Below are positions 7,349-16,237 of a DNA stretch of 60,173 nucleotides, one piece after another. Numbering within the stretch: the first letter of the stretch is position 1; each line of letters starts with the position of its first letter. Source of the stretch: Acidimicrobiia bacterium. GTDB lineage: Bacteria > Actinomycetota > Acidimicrobiia > IMCC26256 > JACDBD01. The DNA is taken from NCBI GenBank assembly GCA_036498645.1, contig DASYFC010000026.1, forward strand, positions 1 to 60,173, written 5' to 3'. A program made the translations under genes and the position numbers. The notes under the pieces are model-generated. The model saw nothing but the letters and a program-made list of their open reading frames with translations. It had not been told where the DNA came from and ran no database searches.

Positions 7349-9833
7349 GGCCGGGGCCGTAATCCTCATCGGGGGCCGGGCAGTGGAAGTGCACGAAGTT
7401 CTCCTGCGCAGTCGCTGCGTCGAGCTCGGGGTCGTCCCACCGGAGGATCAACGTGCGCGCCTCGCCCGGCTCGAGCGTCACGGTCACGTCGCCGACCGGG
7501 GTGGCGGCGGTCGGCGGGGCGTCGAAGGTGATCGCCCCGTGCGCGACAACGGCACCGCGCGATCGCGGCACGGCGACGCGGGCGTCGGCGTCGGGAGGCA
7601 TGGGGAGGCCGATGCGGGCGCCGTCGAAGTCGGGTGCGAACACCGCTGACGTTGCCTCGACCACTTCCCACGACGCCGTGCCCCGCCATCCCTTGCGCCG
7701 GTCGTTCACCGCCACGACGGGCACGACGTGCGCCCCGGTCGGGACGACCGAGGCGTCGTGCAGTCCGACGAGCAGTCGCGGCCGGCTCGCGTCCCGGAAC
7801 GCGTGGTACGTCGCCTTGGGTACGCGCTCCACGTCGACGAGGCCGCCGCCCGCGTAGCCCCACCAGTCGGCCCAGAAGTGCCACCGGTAGCCCATGAACG
7901 GATCGCCGCGGTGGGCCCGGAACCACTCCGTCTGGTACTTCGCCAGGGCCGCGCCGTACGCCTGCGTCGCGTCGGCCCACTCGTCCCGCGACCCGTACCG
8001 TGACGGCAGTCCCGCGAACGCGCACGTCGAGCCGATGAACGACAGGCGGCTGACCCACTCACGCATCTGCTCCTGTTCGGGCGGCCATCCGCGATCGCCG
8101 AACTTCTCGGCCTGCGGCCCGACCGTCCAGAAGCCGTACTCGGAGACGAACCACGCCGGCCGCTCGCGCACCCGGTAGAGGGTCCCGCCGGCCAGCGACC
8201 CTGCGTAGTTGTGAACGTCGTCGCCGATGCCCGACGCCCGGTGCACGTGCCGGCCGGTGTCGACGGCCTGCAACGTCGCGTCGAGCTCGGCGTCGAGGTG
8301 CGTCTCGCCCCGGTCGGTCTCGGGACCGTCGTCGGCCCGGCGCGGGTCGAACATCCGGGCGGGCTCGTTGTGGCATGCGTAGTAGACGACGCTCGGGTGG
8401 TTGTGCAGCAGGTACGCCATCTCCGCGATCTGGCGGCGGGCGGTGTCGACGAACCCCGGGTTGGTCCGGGTGCCCGAGTCGTAGGACCACTGCAAGGCGA
8501 AGTCCTGGAACACGAGAACGCCGGCGTCGTCGGCCGCGTCGTAGCAGTGCGGCGACTGGACGTGTGCATGAACGCCCACCGAGTTGCAGTGCGCTTCGAG
8601 CAGCATGCGCATGTCGCGGTCGTAGAAGCTGCGGCCGACCTCGGCGAAGTGTTGCCACGGGATGTAGTTCACGGCCTTCACGAACACCGGCCGGCCGTTC
8701 ACCTCGAGGTGTCGCGCATGCCCGTCGTCGTCGGTCACGATGCGGGCTGTGCGCAGGCCGAAGCGCGTCCGGCGCCGGTCGAGCGCGCGCCCGTCCGGCG
8801 TCGCCAGCGCGACCCGGAGCTCGTGCACCGCCGGATCGCCGGATCCCTCGCCAGCCGGCTCCCACCGCGCGAGGTCGGCGCCGTCGAGATCGATGACCAC
8901 GTCGAGACGTCCCGGCCCGGGAGGCAGGGTCACGTCGAGCTGCGCCCGCTCGCCGGCCAGCTCGAGATCGACGCGCGTCGCGGCGTCGTCGGCCAAGTGG
9001 TTGGTCGCCACCACCGCCACCTGCATGGTGCGTTCACCGAGCGGCGTCACGAACAGCGCGTCGAGCGACACGTCGCCGGTGCGCTCGAGCGTGACCGGCC
9101 CGACGATGCCCGCCGTCGTCATCGATTGACCCCATTCGGGCGTCCACACCCACGGGTCGCCGCCCTCGACGAGCGGGCCGACCATGCGGCCCGGCAGGCC
9201 ACCGGGGCGGCTGTCGTGGTACTTCAGGGTGCCCTTGATGACGCGCTTGCGCTGATCGAAGAACAGCGCCGACGGGTCCAGCGGCTCGAGCGGGTCCTGC
9301 ACCGCGACCAGGAGCGTGTTGTTCTTCGCCAGCCGGTCGGTCACGTCGAACCCGAACGGCGCGAACGCGCCCTCGTGATGACCGAGGTGCTCGCCGTTCA
9401 GCCATACGTCGGCCAGATAGTCCACGGCGGCGAAGCGGAGTCGGACGCGCGGCGGAGACTCGGGCAGCCCGCCGTGTCGGGGGTCGGCGAACGTACGCCG
9501 GTACCAGACGGGCGCGAACTGGCGCGAGAGCTCCTCGTCGAAGCCGTAGTTCTCGGGGACCACGACCTTGCGCCACGCCACGTCGGTGGGTGGCCCCGCC
9601 GCGGCGCGGGCCCCCGCCTCCGGGAACGAGGGGTCACCGTCGACGTCCGCCCACCGCTCCCAACGGCCCGACTGCGACACCTCGATTCGGCCGCTGCCCA
9701 CGGATGCATCCCCCGGCTCGACCGCCGACCAGGGGAGCGGGCGCGCGGTCGCGACGGGCTCGAACTCCGAGTGCGGTGCGACCGGCGCGGAGCCGGGACG
9801 CGGCCGGTCCGCCGCCGACAGCCGCAGCGTCAT
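7335..9833 (-). CDS. glycoside hydrolase family 2 protein (beta-mannosidase/beta-galactosidase-like)
   Basis: ATG 9833 (MTLRLSAADRP) lies inside the 1158-aa ORF; the upstream part overlaps galK and is Arg-rich noise. The sugar-binding, Ig-like and TIM-barrel order fits GH2, with motifs WYRRTF, VWLNGEHLGHHEGAF and HPSVVYYACHNEP. Confidence 0.8.
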   Translation of the reverse strand: MTLRLSAADRPRPGSAPVAPHSEFEPVATARPLPWSAVEPGDASVGSGRIEVSQSGRWERWADVDGDPSFPEAGARAAAGPPTDVAWRKVVVPENYGFDEELSRQFAPVWYRRTFADPRHGGLPESPPRVRLRFAAVDYLADVWLNGEHLGHHEGAFAPFGFDVTDRLAKNNTLLVAVQDPLEPLDPSALFFDQRKRVIKGTLKYHDSRPGGLPGRMVGPLVEGGDPWVWTPEWGQSMTTAGIVGPVTLERTGDVSLDALFVTPLGERTMQVAVVATNHLADDAATRVDLELAGERAQLDVTLPPGPGRLDVVIDLDGADLARWEPAGEGSGDPAVHELRVALATPDGRALDRRRTRFGLRTARIVTDDDGHARHLEVNGRPVFVKAVNYIPWQHFAEVGRSFYDRDMRMLLEAHCNSVGVHAHVQSPHCYDAADDAGVLVFQDFALQWSYDSGTRTNPGFVDTARRQIAEMAYLLHNHPSVVYYACHNEPARMFDPRRADDGPETDRGETHLDAELDATLQAVDTGRHVHRASGIGDDVHNYAGSLAGGTLYRVRERPAWFVSEYGFWTVGPQAEKFGDRGWPPEQEQMREWVSRLSFIGSTCAFAGLPSRYGSRDEWADATQAYGAALAKYQTEWFRAHRGDPFMGYRWHFWADWWGYAGGGLVDVERVPKATYHAFRDASRPRLLVGLHDASVVPTGAHVVPVVAVNDRRKGWRGTASWEVVEATSAVFAPDFDGARIGLPMPPDADARVAVPRSRGAVVAHGAITFDAPPTAATPVGDVTVTLEPGEARTLILRWDDPELDAATAQENFVHFHCPAPDEDYGPGLTNV

Positions 9834-10957
9834 GCGCCGACCGGAGCGATGAGGCGGCCGGCGCCTTCGACCGCGTTCACGTCGAAGGCGTCGGCGTCGA
9901 GGCCGGTCTCGGTCCGGTATCGGGCGACCGTCTTGTTCGCCACGGCACGGACCTGTGCGCGCGGGACCAGCGCGACGACGCACCCGCCGAACCCGGCGCC
10001 GGTCAGCCGGGCGCCGGCCGCACCGTGCTCGACGAGAAGATCGACAGCCAGGTCGAGCTCGGGGGTCGAGACGGCGTAGTCGTCGCGCAGGCTGGCGTGG
10101 CTGGCGAGCATCAGTGGGCCGAGCGCGGCGGCGTCCCCGGCGCGCAGAGCGTCCGCGAACTGGAGGACGCGCTGGTTCTCGGTGACGACGTGACAGGCCG
10201 TCGGCTCGTCGCGCACCGCGTCGAACGACGCGTCCCGAAGCGCGGGCACGCCGAGCCGGGCGGCGACGCGTTCGCCGTCGGCGCGCCGTTCTGCGTAGGC
10301 ACTCCCCGCCAGCGTGCGGGGGAGCCCGGAATGCATCACGAGCACTGCCAGCTGGTCGGGCAACGCGATCGGCTCGGCGGCGAGCGTCCGGCAGTCGATG
10401 AGCAACGCGTGGTCGGCTCGCCCGAGGAGCGCGACGAGCTGGTCCATCACGCCGCTCGGGACGCCGGTGGCGAGGTGCTCGCCGTGCTGGCACGCCCGCG
10501 CCAGCTCCGTTGCCGGGCACCGGAACCCGCTCACATCCGCCAGTGCCAGCGCGAGCGCCACCTCCAGCGCGGCGCTCGACGACAAGCCCGAGCCCACCGG
10601 CACGGTCGACGAGAGGGCGGCGTCGATGCCCGCCGGCGCGCGTCCGGCGTCGGCGAGCGCCCGCACGACACCGCCGACGTACCGCCCCCACACCGGCTCG
10701 ACGACCGCCGGCTCGTCGGCGCCGTCGGCGGGGATATCGACTGTGCCCTCGACCTCGGCCGAGCGAACAGTGACGCGCCCGTCGTCGCGCGGGTGCGCAG
10801 CAACGACGCAATCACGGTCCACGGCCAGCGGCAGGACGAAGCCGTCGTGGTAGTCGGTGTGGTCGCCGATCAGGTTCACGCGCCCCGGCGCGCGGAACCA
10901 ACGCAGTCCGGTGGCGCCGCCGAGCCGGTCGGTGATGGCTGCGGCGCGCGGTTCCAC
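9830..10957 (-). CDS. galK: galactokinase
   Basis: The galactokinase signature GRVNLIGDHTDY and the GHMP motif PVGSGLSSSAAL are present. The TGA overlaps the GH2 ATG (ATGA). Confidence 0.92.
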   Translation of the reverse strand: MEPRAAAITDRLGGATGLRWFRAPGRVNLIGDHTDYHDGFVLPLAVDRDCVVAAHPRDDGRVTVRSAEVEGTVDIPADGADEPAVVEPVWGRYVGGVVRALADAGRAPAGIDAALSSTVPVGSGLSSSAALEVALALALADVSGFRCPATELARACQHGEHLATGVPSGVMDQLVALLGRADHALLIDCRTLAAEPIALPDQLAVLVMHSGLPRTLAGSAYAERRADGERVAARLGVPALRDASFDAVRDEPTACHVVTENQRVLQFADALRAGDAAALGPLMLASHASLRDDYAVSTPELDLAVDLLVEHGAAGARLTGAGFGGCVVALVPRAQVRAVANKTVARYRTETGLDADAFDVNAVEGAGRLIAPVGA

Positions 10958-10958
10958 G

Positions 10959-11858
10959 TCAACCCAGCGCGGGCAGCACCTCGGCCGCGAACCGGTCGAG
11001 GCCGTCGACGTCGAACGGCGCCCGCATGGCCAGGATCACCCACTCGGCGCCGGCGTCCGTGTACTCGCCGATACGGTCGACGACCTCCTGGACGCTGCCC
11101 ATCAACACGCCCGGCTTCACGAACTCGGCGATGTTCCCGAACTGCGCTTCGAGGTCGCCCTGCCGCCACGCCAGCCCGAGGTTCACCGACTTCGTGATCG
11201 TCGCCGGATCGCGACCGATGGCATCGCAGTGATCGTGGAGCACCTGAACCTTGTGGCGATAGGTGTCGGGAGCGAGGAACGGCACGTTCCAGCCGTCGGC
11301 GTGCCGAGCCGCTGTGCGGAGCGTGAGCTTCTCGCCCGCGCCGCCGATCCAGAGCGGCAGCCGCTCCTGCACCGGCTTCGGCTCGCAACGGGCGTCACGC
11401 AAGTGGAAGAACTCGCCGTCGAAGTTGGCGACATCCTCGGTGAGCAGCGCGCGGATGCACTGGATGCCCTCGTCGAGCATGCGGAGCCGAACGGGCACGG
11501 GTGGGAACGGGATGCCGTACGCGTCGTACTCGCCCTGGTGCCAGCCGCCGCCGAGGCCCAGCACGATGCGCCCACCGGCCAGGTGGTCGAGGGTGGCCAT
11601 CGCGTTCGCCAGCACGGCCGGATGGCGGTAGCCGACCGAGTACACGAGGCTTCCGCAGCGCACGCGCTCGGTCTCGAGCGCGAGGGCGGCGTGCGTGGCG
11701 ACCGCCTCGAGGCACACCGCGCCGCCTGTCGCGTCGGCGGCGTAGAAGTGGTCCCAGACCGAGATCCAGTCGAAGCCGTTCCCTTCGATCCGCCGCCACA
11801 GCGCGCGGAGCTCGTCGGTCGTCGTGTTCTGCAGCCCGGCGTGGACGCCGAACTTCAC
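10959..11858 (-). CDS. LLM-class (luciferase-like) F420-dependent oxidoreductase
   Basis: GTG 11858 (VKFGVHAGLQNTTTDELRALW...). The motifs FDWISVWDHF and LGLGGGW fit the Rv1855c-like LLM pattern. The start overlaps the upstream stop (GTGA). Confidence 0.8.
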   Translation of the reverse strand: MKFGVHAGLQNTTTDELRALWRRIEGNGFDWISVWDHFYAADATGGAVCLEAVATHAALALETERVRCGSLVYSVGYRHPAVLANAMATLDHLAGGRIVLGLGGGWHQGEYDAYGIPFPPVPVRLRMLDEGIQCIRALLTEDVANFDGEFFHLRDARCEPKPVQERLPLWIGGAGEKLTLRTAARHADGWNVPFLAPDTYRHKVQVLHDHCDAIGRDPATITKSVNLGLAWRQGDLEAQFGNIAEFVKPGVLMGSVQEVVDRIGEYTDAGAEWVILAMRAPFDVDGLDRFAAEVLPALG

Positions 11859-12805
11859 GCCGCCCCCAACGGTGCGCCGACCTCGGGCAGGACCTCGGCT
11901 GCAATGAGGCGGAGGTGCTCGAGGTCGGACACGTCGAGCACCTGGAGGTACGCCGCCTCGGCGCCCGCCGCCGCGAACGCCGACAGCTTCTCGACGACCT
12001 CGCCCGGCAGGCCGGCGGCGCCGTTCGCGCGCAGCTCGTCGGGCTCCCGGCCGATGGCGTCGGCGCGCCGCCGGAACTCGGCTTCGTCCCGCCCGCAGCA
12101 CACGACGAGCGCGACCGTCGTGCGCAGCGTCGCGGGGTCGCGTCCCGCGTCCGTGCAGGCCTGCCTCACCCGCTCGACGTACTCGCCGTACACGTCGAGC
12201 GGCGGAAAGGGGAGGTTGAACTCCTGCGCGTAGCGCGCCGCCAGCGCCGGTGTCCGCTTCGTGCCGTAGCCGCCGATGATGATCGGCGGATGCGGCTGCT
12301 GCACCGGCTTCGGAAGTGCCGGGGTATCCGTGAGCTCGTAGTAGCGGCCGTGGTACGAGAACCGCTCACCGACGGGCGCGGTCCACATGCCGGTGATGAT
12401 CGCCAGTTGCTCCTCGAGCCGGTCGAACCGCTCTCGCGTCGACGGGAACGGGATCCCGTGGCCGCGATGCTCGTCCTCGAACCAGCCCGCGCCGATCCCG
12501 AGCTCGACGCGCCCGCGACTCATGGCGTCGACCTGCGCCACGGAGATCGCGAGCGGACCGGGCAACCGGAACGTGCTCGCCGTGACAAGCGTTCCGAGAC
12601 GCAGTCGCGACGTCTCTCGCGCCAGGCCCGCGAGGGTGATCCACGCGTCGGTGGGGCCGGGCCCGGCGTCGCCGTCGCCCATGCGCAGGTAGTGGTCGGA
12701 GCGGAAGAACGCATCGAAGCCGAGCTCCTCTGCGGTGCGGGCCACTGCGAGCAGGTCGTCGTACGTCGCGCCTTGCTGCGGCTCCGTGAAGATGCGCAAG
12801 CGCAT
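11855..12805 (-). CDS. LLM-class (luciferase-like) F420-dependent oxidoreductase
   Basis: ATG 12805 is preceded by AGGAGG. The protein starts MRLRIFTEPQQGATYDDLLAVARTAEELGFDAFFRSDHY and is a paralogue of the downstream gene. Confidence 0.85.
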   Translation of the reverse strand: MRLRIFTEPQQGATYDDLLAVARTAEELGFDAFFRSDHYLRMGDGDAGPGPTDAWITLAGLARETSRLRLGTLVTASTFRLPGPLAISVAQVDAMSRGRVELGIGAGWFEDEHRGHGIPFPSTRERFDRLEEQLAIITGMWTAPVGERFSYHGRYYELTDTPALPKPVQQPHPPIIIGGYGTKRTPALAARYAQEFNLPFPPLDVYGEYVERVRQACTDAGRDPATLRTTVALVVCCGRDEAEFRRRADAIGREPDELRANGAAGLPGEVVEKLSAFAAAGAEAAYLQVLDVSDLEHLRLIAAEVLPEVGAPLGAA

Positions 12806-12894
12806 CAATTCCTCCTGACGCCGTCGCCGCCGAGAATCTATCGGGCGAGCCGGTCGCGCCCGCGAGCGAACGCCCGTAAGGTGTTCGCGGAGAC

Positions 12895-12944
12895 GGCGGC
12901 TTTGCCGACCGTTCCGCAAAGCCGGAGCTTGCGACGGCGACAGG
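12895..12944 (+). repeat. intergenic hairpin repeat, copy A (GGCGGCTTTGCCGACCGT box + hairpin with AGCCGGAG loop)
   Basis: GGCGGCTTTGCCGACCGTTCCGCAAAGCCGGAGCTTGCGACGGCGACAGG. It shares the 18-nt 5' box and the GCCGGAGCTTGCGACGGCGACAG 3' half with the copy at 27057, and it ends in the SD of the next gene. Confidence 0.6.
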
Positions 12945-12952
12945 AGAGAGAT

Positions 12953-13780
12953 TTGTTGGATATCGATCGATGGCCTGATCTACGCGATCCGGTGCTCGTG
13001 GTCGCGTTGTCGGGCTGGGTCGACGCCGGACTGGCCGGCGCCGGCGCCGCGGCCGTCTTGAGCGACCAGCTCGACTCGGCAGCCGCGTTCGGCCGCTTCG
13101 ACCTCACGGATCTCGTCGATCTCCAGCAGACACGGCCTTCCGTCCATCTCGTCGACGGCGCGACCCGAGAGATCAAGTGGCCCGCGGTCGACTTGGTCGC
13201 GGGAAGGGCGGGGCGCGACGTCGTCCTCTGCTCCGGGCCGGAGCCGTCGCTGCGCTGGCGCGCGTTCAGCGAGGAGCTCGTGCAGATGTCGCAGCGGCTC
13301 GGCGTGAGCATGATGGTCGGCCTCGGGGGCATGCCGACGCTCGTGTCGCACCGACGCCCCGTGTCTGTGCTCACGACGGCGACGAGCCGCTCGCTCGCGC
13401 AGGAGGTCGGCGCGTGGCGCGCCGACTACACCGGTCCGACCGGCGCGCAGACCGCGCTCCAAGTTGCACTCGGCGACGCGGGAATTCCCGGGCTCGGGCT
13501 GTGGGCCCAGGTGCCGCACTACGTGGCGGCGACCCCGTCGCCGCCTGCGATCAGCGCGTTGCTGTCACGGGTGCGCGAGCTTGCCGGCGTAGAGACCGAT
13601 CTCACCGCGCTCGACAGCCAGGTCGAGGAGTACCTCGGGCGGGTCGAGGAGGGCTTGTCGGAGCGGCCCGACGTCGCCGAGATGGTGCGCAACATCGAAG
13701 CCTCGGAGGACTCGGGCGAGATCCCCAGCGGCGACGAGCTCGCGTCGGAGATCGAACGCTTCCTCCGCGAACAGGGCTGA
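12953..13780 (+). CDS. PAC2 (proteasome assembly chaperone 2-like) family protein
   Basis: Tandem TTG codons at 12953/12956 follow AGGAGAGAG. RDPVLVVALSGWVDAG...GPEPSLRW...GLGGMP...TGPTG is the PAC2 family pattern. Confidence 0.8.
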   Translation: MLDIDRWPDLRDPVLVVALSGWVDAGLAGAGAAAVLSDQLDSAAAFGRFDLTDLVDLQQTRPSVHLVDGATREIKWPAVDLVAGRAGRDVVLCSGPEPSLRWRAFSEELVQMSQRLGVSMMVGLGGMPTLVSHRRPVSVLTTATSRSLAQEVGAWRADYTGPTGAQTALQVALGDAGIPGLGLWAQVPHYVAATPSPPAISALLSRVRELAGVETDLTALDSQVEEYLGRVEEGLSERPDVAEMVRNIEASEDSGEIPSGDELASEIERFLREQG

Positions 13781-13801
13781 GGCGCCGGGAGAAAAGGGGA
13801 C

Positions 13802-13848
13802 AAAAAAAGGCGAGTCGACGGACCGGGGCAGGGACGGCCCGCCGACTC
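13802..13848 (-). terminator. canonical rho-independent terminator on the minus strand (no annotated minus-strand gene upstream)
   Basis: On the minus strand, GAGUCGGCGG...CCGUCGACUC forms a 10-bp stem. Its one G-U pair would be an A-C mismatch on the plus strand. An inner 3-bp extension is present, followed by GCC UUUUUUU. Confidence 0.6.
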
Positions 13849-14074
13849 ACCAAACTGGGCTCCCGGACGAGACCGGGATCACCGCGATCTTCGCGCATCC
13901 CCGAAGGGGTTGCGCATCGGATGTTTCCCCTCGCTGGGGACGAGTAAACCACGAACCGGACGGTCCTACCAGACCCTTCCATCAGCATCTTTCACCCGCC
14001 GGCCCTCGAGGCCCGCCGCCGGCGGCGAGGCGGGGGCGGATCCGCCGATGCCGCGGAGACGGTAGAAAGACACC

Positions 14075-14407
14075 ATGAGCGTCGTCCGAATCAATGCCAT
14101 CACCGTGCCGGCCGAGCGGGTCGAGGAGTTCGAGCGGAGGTTCGCCGCCCGCGCCGGGGAGGTGTCGAAGGCCCCCGGCTTCGAGACGTTCGAGCTGATG
14201 CGCCCGACCGACGGGCGAGACGTGTATCTCGTCTACACGCGCTGGCGGTCCGAGGACGAGTTCCAGGCGTGGGTCGACAGCCCCGCCTTCCAGCACGGTC
14301 ACAAGGCCCACAGCAGCGACGGGCCGGTCGGCACCGGCAGCGAGCTCTGGTCCTTCGACGTGATCCAACACGAGGACGCGCCGGCGAGGACCCCCGACCC
14401 TCGATGA
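14075..14407 (+). CDS. antibiotic biosynthesis monooxygenase (ABM) domain protein, IsdG/MhuD-like size
   Basis: 110-aa ORF. VVRINAITVPAERVEEFERRF...FETFELMRP...YLVYTRWRSEDEFQAW is an ABM ferredoxin-like fold pattern. Confidence 0.85.
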   Translation: MSVVRINAITVPAERVEEFERRFAARAGEVSKAPGFETFELMRPTDGRDVYLVYTRWRSEDEFQAWVDSPAFQHGHKAHSSDGPVGTGSELWSFDVIQHEDAPARTPDPR

Positions 14408-16155
14408 CCGTCAACAAGGTCACCGCCGGGTTCGAGGACCCGGCCCTCGCCGAGCTCACGGGACCGGGCGGCGCGTTCGAGATCGTCACCGACGACGTCC
14501 TCGGCGTCCCGCTGCAGGTGTACAAGAACCGGCTGCACTCGTTGGGCGAGCTGATCACGATGGCGGACGGGCGCGCCGGCGTCGACTTCCTCGTCCAGGG
14601 CGATCGTCGACTGACCTACGACGAGCACAACGCGCTGGTTCGTCGCGTCGCCGCATCGCTCGTGGAGTTGGGCGTCGGCCACGGCGACCGCGTCGCCATG
14701 CTGTCGGCGAACAACGTCGAGTGGGTGGTGCTGTGGTGGGCGGCGGCGGCGATCGGCGCGGTGGTCGTGCCGTTGAACGCGTGGTGGAAGTCCGACGAGC
14801 TCGAGTTCGGTTTGCGCGACTCGGGCGCCAAGCTGTTGTTCTGCGACCCGAAGCGCTGGCAGGCGGTCCGCGATCGCGTCAACGCACTGCCGGAGCTCGA
14901 GCACGTGTTCGTGACGGATTTGGACGAACCGGACGGCGTTGCCCGGCCGGGCGACGAACTGCTGCGCGGCGACGACCCGGGGACGCTGCCCGACGCCGGC
15001 GTCGACGAAGACGACCTGTTCGCGATCCTGTACACGTCGGGAACGACCGGTCGGCCGAAAGGCGCCACTCTCACGCACCGACAGGCGATCGCGAACCTCC
15101 AGAACATCTTCTGCCTCGGCATCGCCAACGCCAGCCGCGGCGGCGAAGCTGCCCCCGAGCTGTCGAGCAAGGTGCAGTCCGCCACTCTGCTCGTCGTGCC
15201 GCTCTTCCATGTGACCGGATGCCTCTCGACGATGATGCTGAGCTACGCGTCGGGAGCCAAGCTCGTACTGATGCCCCCGGGCCGGTTCGATCCGGACGCG
15301 GCGATGGCGACCATCGAACGCGAGAAGATCACGAGTTTCGGTGGGGTCCCCACGATCATGTGGCGGATCGTCGAGTCGCCGCACTTCGACGACTACGACC
15401 TCTCGACGGTCGTGCGCGTCAGCTACGGCGGGGCGCCGGCCGCGCCCGAGCTGGTGCAGCGGATCCACGAGCGGTTCCCGAAGGTGCGCAAGACCCTCGC
15501 CACCGCGTACGGCCTGACCGAGAGCGCGTCCGTGGCCACCTCGAACACCGGTGACGACTACCGCGCCCACCCCGACTCGGTCGGACGCCCCGCGCCGACT
15601 GTCGAGATTGGCGTCGTCGACCCCAACGGAGGGCCCGTGCCCACCGGCGCGACGGGTGAGATCTGGCTGCGCGGGCCGACGATCATGCGCCGCGGGTACT
15701 GGAACCGACCGGAGGCAACCGCCGAGGCCATCACCCCTGACGGCTGGTTCCGCAGTGGCGACATCGGCCGCTTCGACGACGACGGGTTCCTGTACCTCGT
15801 CGACCGGGCGAAGGACATGATCATCCGGGGCGGCGAGAACGTGTACTGCGTCGAGGTCGAGCAGGTGCTGTTCGAGCATCCCGACGTCGTCGACGCCGCC
15901 GTCGTCGGGGTTCCGCACAAGGTGCTCGGTGAGGAGGTCAAGGCGGTCGTGCAGCTGAAGCCTGGTTCGTCGGCCACGATCGAGGACCTCCGCACCCACT
16001 GCTCCGAACGCCTCGCCAACTTCAAGGTGCCCGAGTACGTCGAGATGCGCGACGAGCCGCTCCCTCGAAATCCCGCCGGCAAGGTGCTCAAGAACCTCCT
16101 GCGCGGCGACGAGACCTCCTTCGCGGCCGACCCCACAGACGACTCCGCCCTCTGA
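14404..16155 (+). CDS. AMP-binding acyl-CoA synthetase / fatty-acid-CoA ligase
   Basis: ATG 14404 overlaps the ABM stop (ATGA). AMP-binding motifs ILYTSGTTGRPKGA, YGLTE, GEIWLRGP, FRSGDIG and PAGKVLK are present. Confidence 0.92.
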   Translation: MTVNKVTAGFEDPALAELTGPGGAFEIVTDDVLGVPLQVYKNRLHSLGELITMADGRAGVDFLVQGDRRLTYDEHNALVRRVAASLVELGVGHGDRVAMLSANNVEWVVLWWAAAAIGAVVVPLNAWWKSDELEFGLRDSGAKLLFCDPKRWQAVRDRVNALPELEHVFVTDLDEPDGVARPGDELLRGDDPGTLPDAGVDEDDLFAILYTSGTTGRPKGATLTHRQAIANLQNIFCLGIANASRGGEAAPELSSKVQSATLLVVPLFHVTGCLSTMMLSYASGAKLVLMPPGRFDPDAAMATIEREKITSFGGVPTIMWRIVESPHFDDYDLSTVVRVSYGGAPAAPELVQRIHERFPKVRKTLATAYGLTESASVATSNTGDDYRAHPDSVGRPAPTVEIGVVDPNGGPVPTGATGEIWLRGPTIMRRGYWNRPEATAEAITPDGWFRSGDIGRFDDDGFLYLVDRAKDMIIRGGENVYCVEVEQVLFEHPDVVDAAVVGVPHKVLGEEVKAVVQLKPGSSATIEDLRTHCSERLANFKVPEYVEMRDEPLPRNPAGKVLKNLLRGDETSFAADPTDDSAL

Positions 16156-16237
16156 CGCCGCCGCTCGAGGCCTCGAGGAGCCGGCGATCCAAACGGTCCT
16201 GTTCGACACGCACAAGTGGGTCGGGTTCGTCGCGGTC

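Noticed and set aside
9834-10811. N-terminal 325 aa of the 1158-aa ORF 7335..10811, as a possible extension of the GH2 protein.
   Set aside because: This part is poly-Arg noise and overlaps the well-supported galK gene in another frame. ATG 9833 gives an ATGA junction with the galK stop.
12895-12944. The repeat family as a small pseudoknot riboswitch (preQ1, SAM-II or guanidine-III-like).
   Set aside because: The downstream genes are functionally unrelated, and one copy is inverted and sits after a stop codon. The sequence does not match the consensus of the classes I can recall.
12928-12958. The TTG inside the hairpin repeat (TTG CGA CGG CGA CAG = MRRRQ) is in frame with the downstream gene in copies A, B and C. 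It could therefore be the true start codon carried by the element.
   Set aside because: The only SD-like GGAG is 1 nt from that TTG, which is too close, and the codon lies inside the stem. Each gene has its own better-spaced SD plus ATG or TTG a few codons later. The shared frame is noted but treated as coincidence or a by-product.
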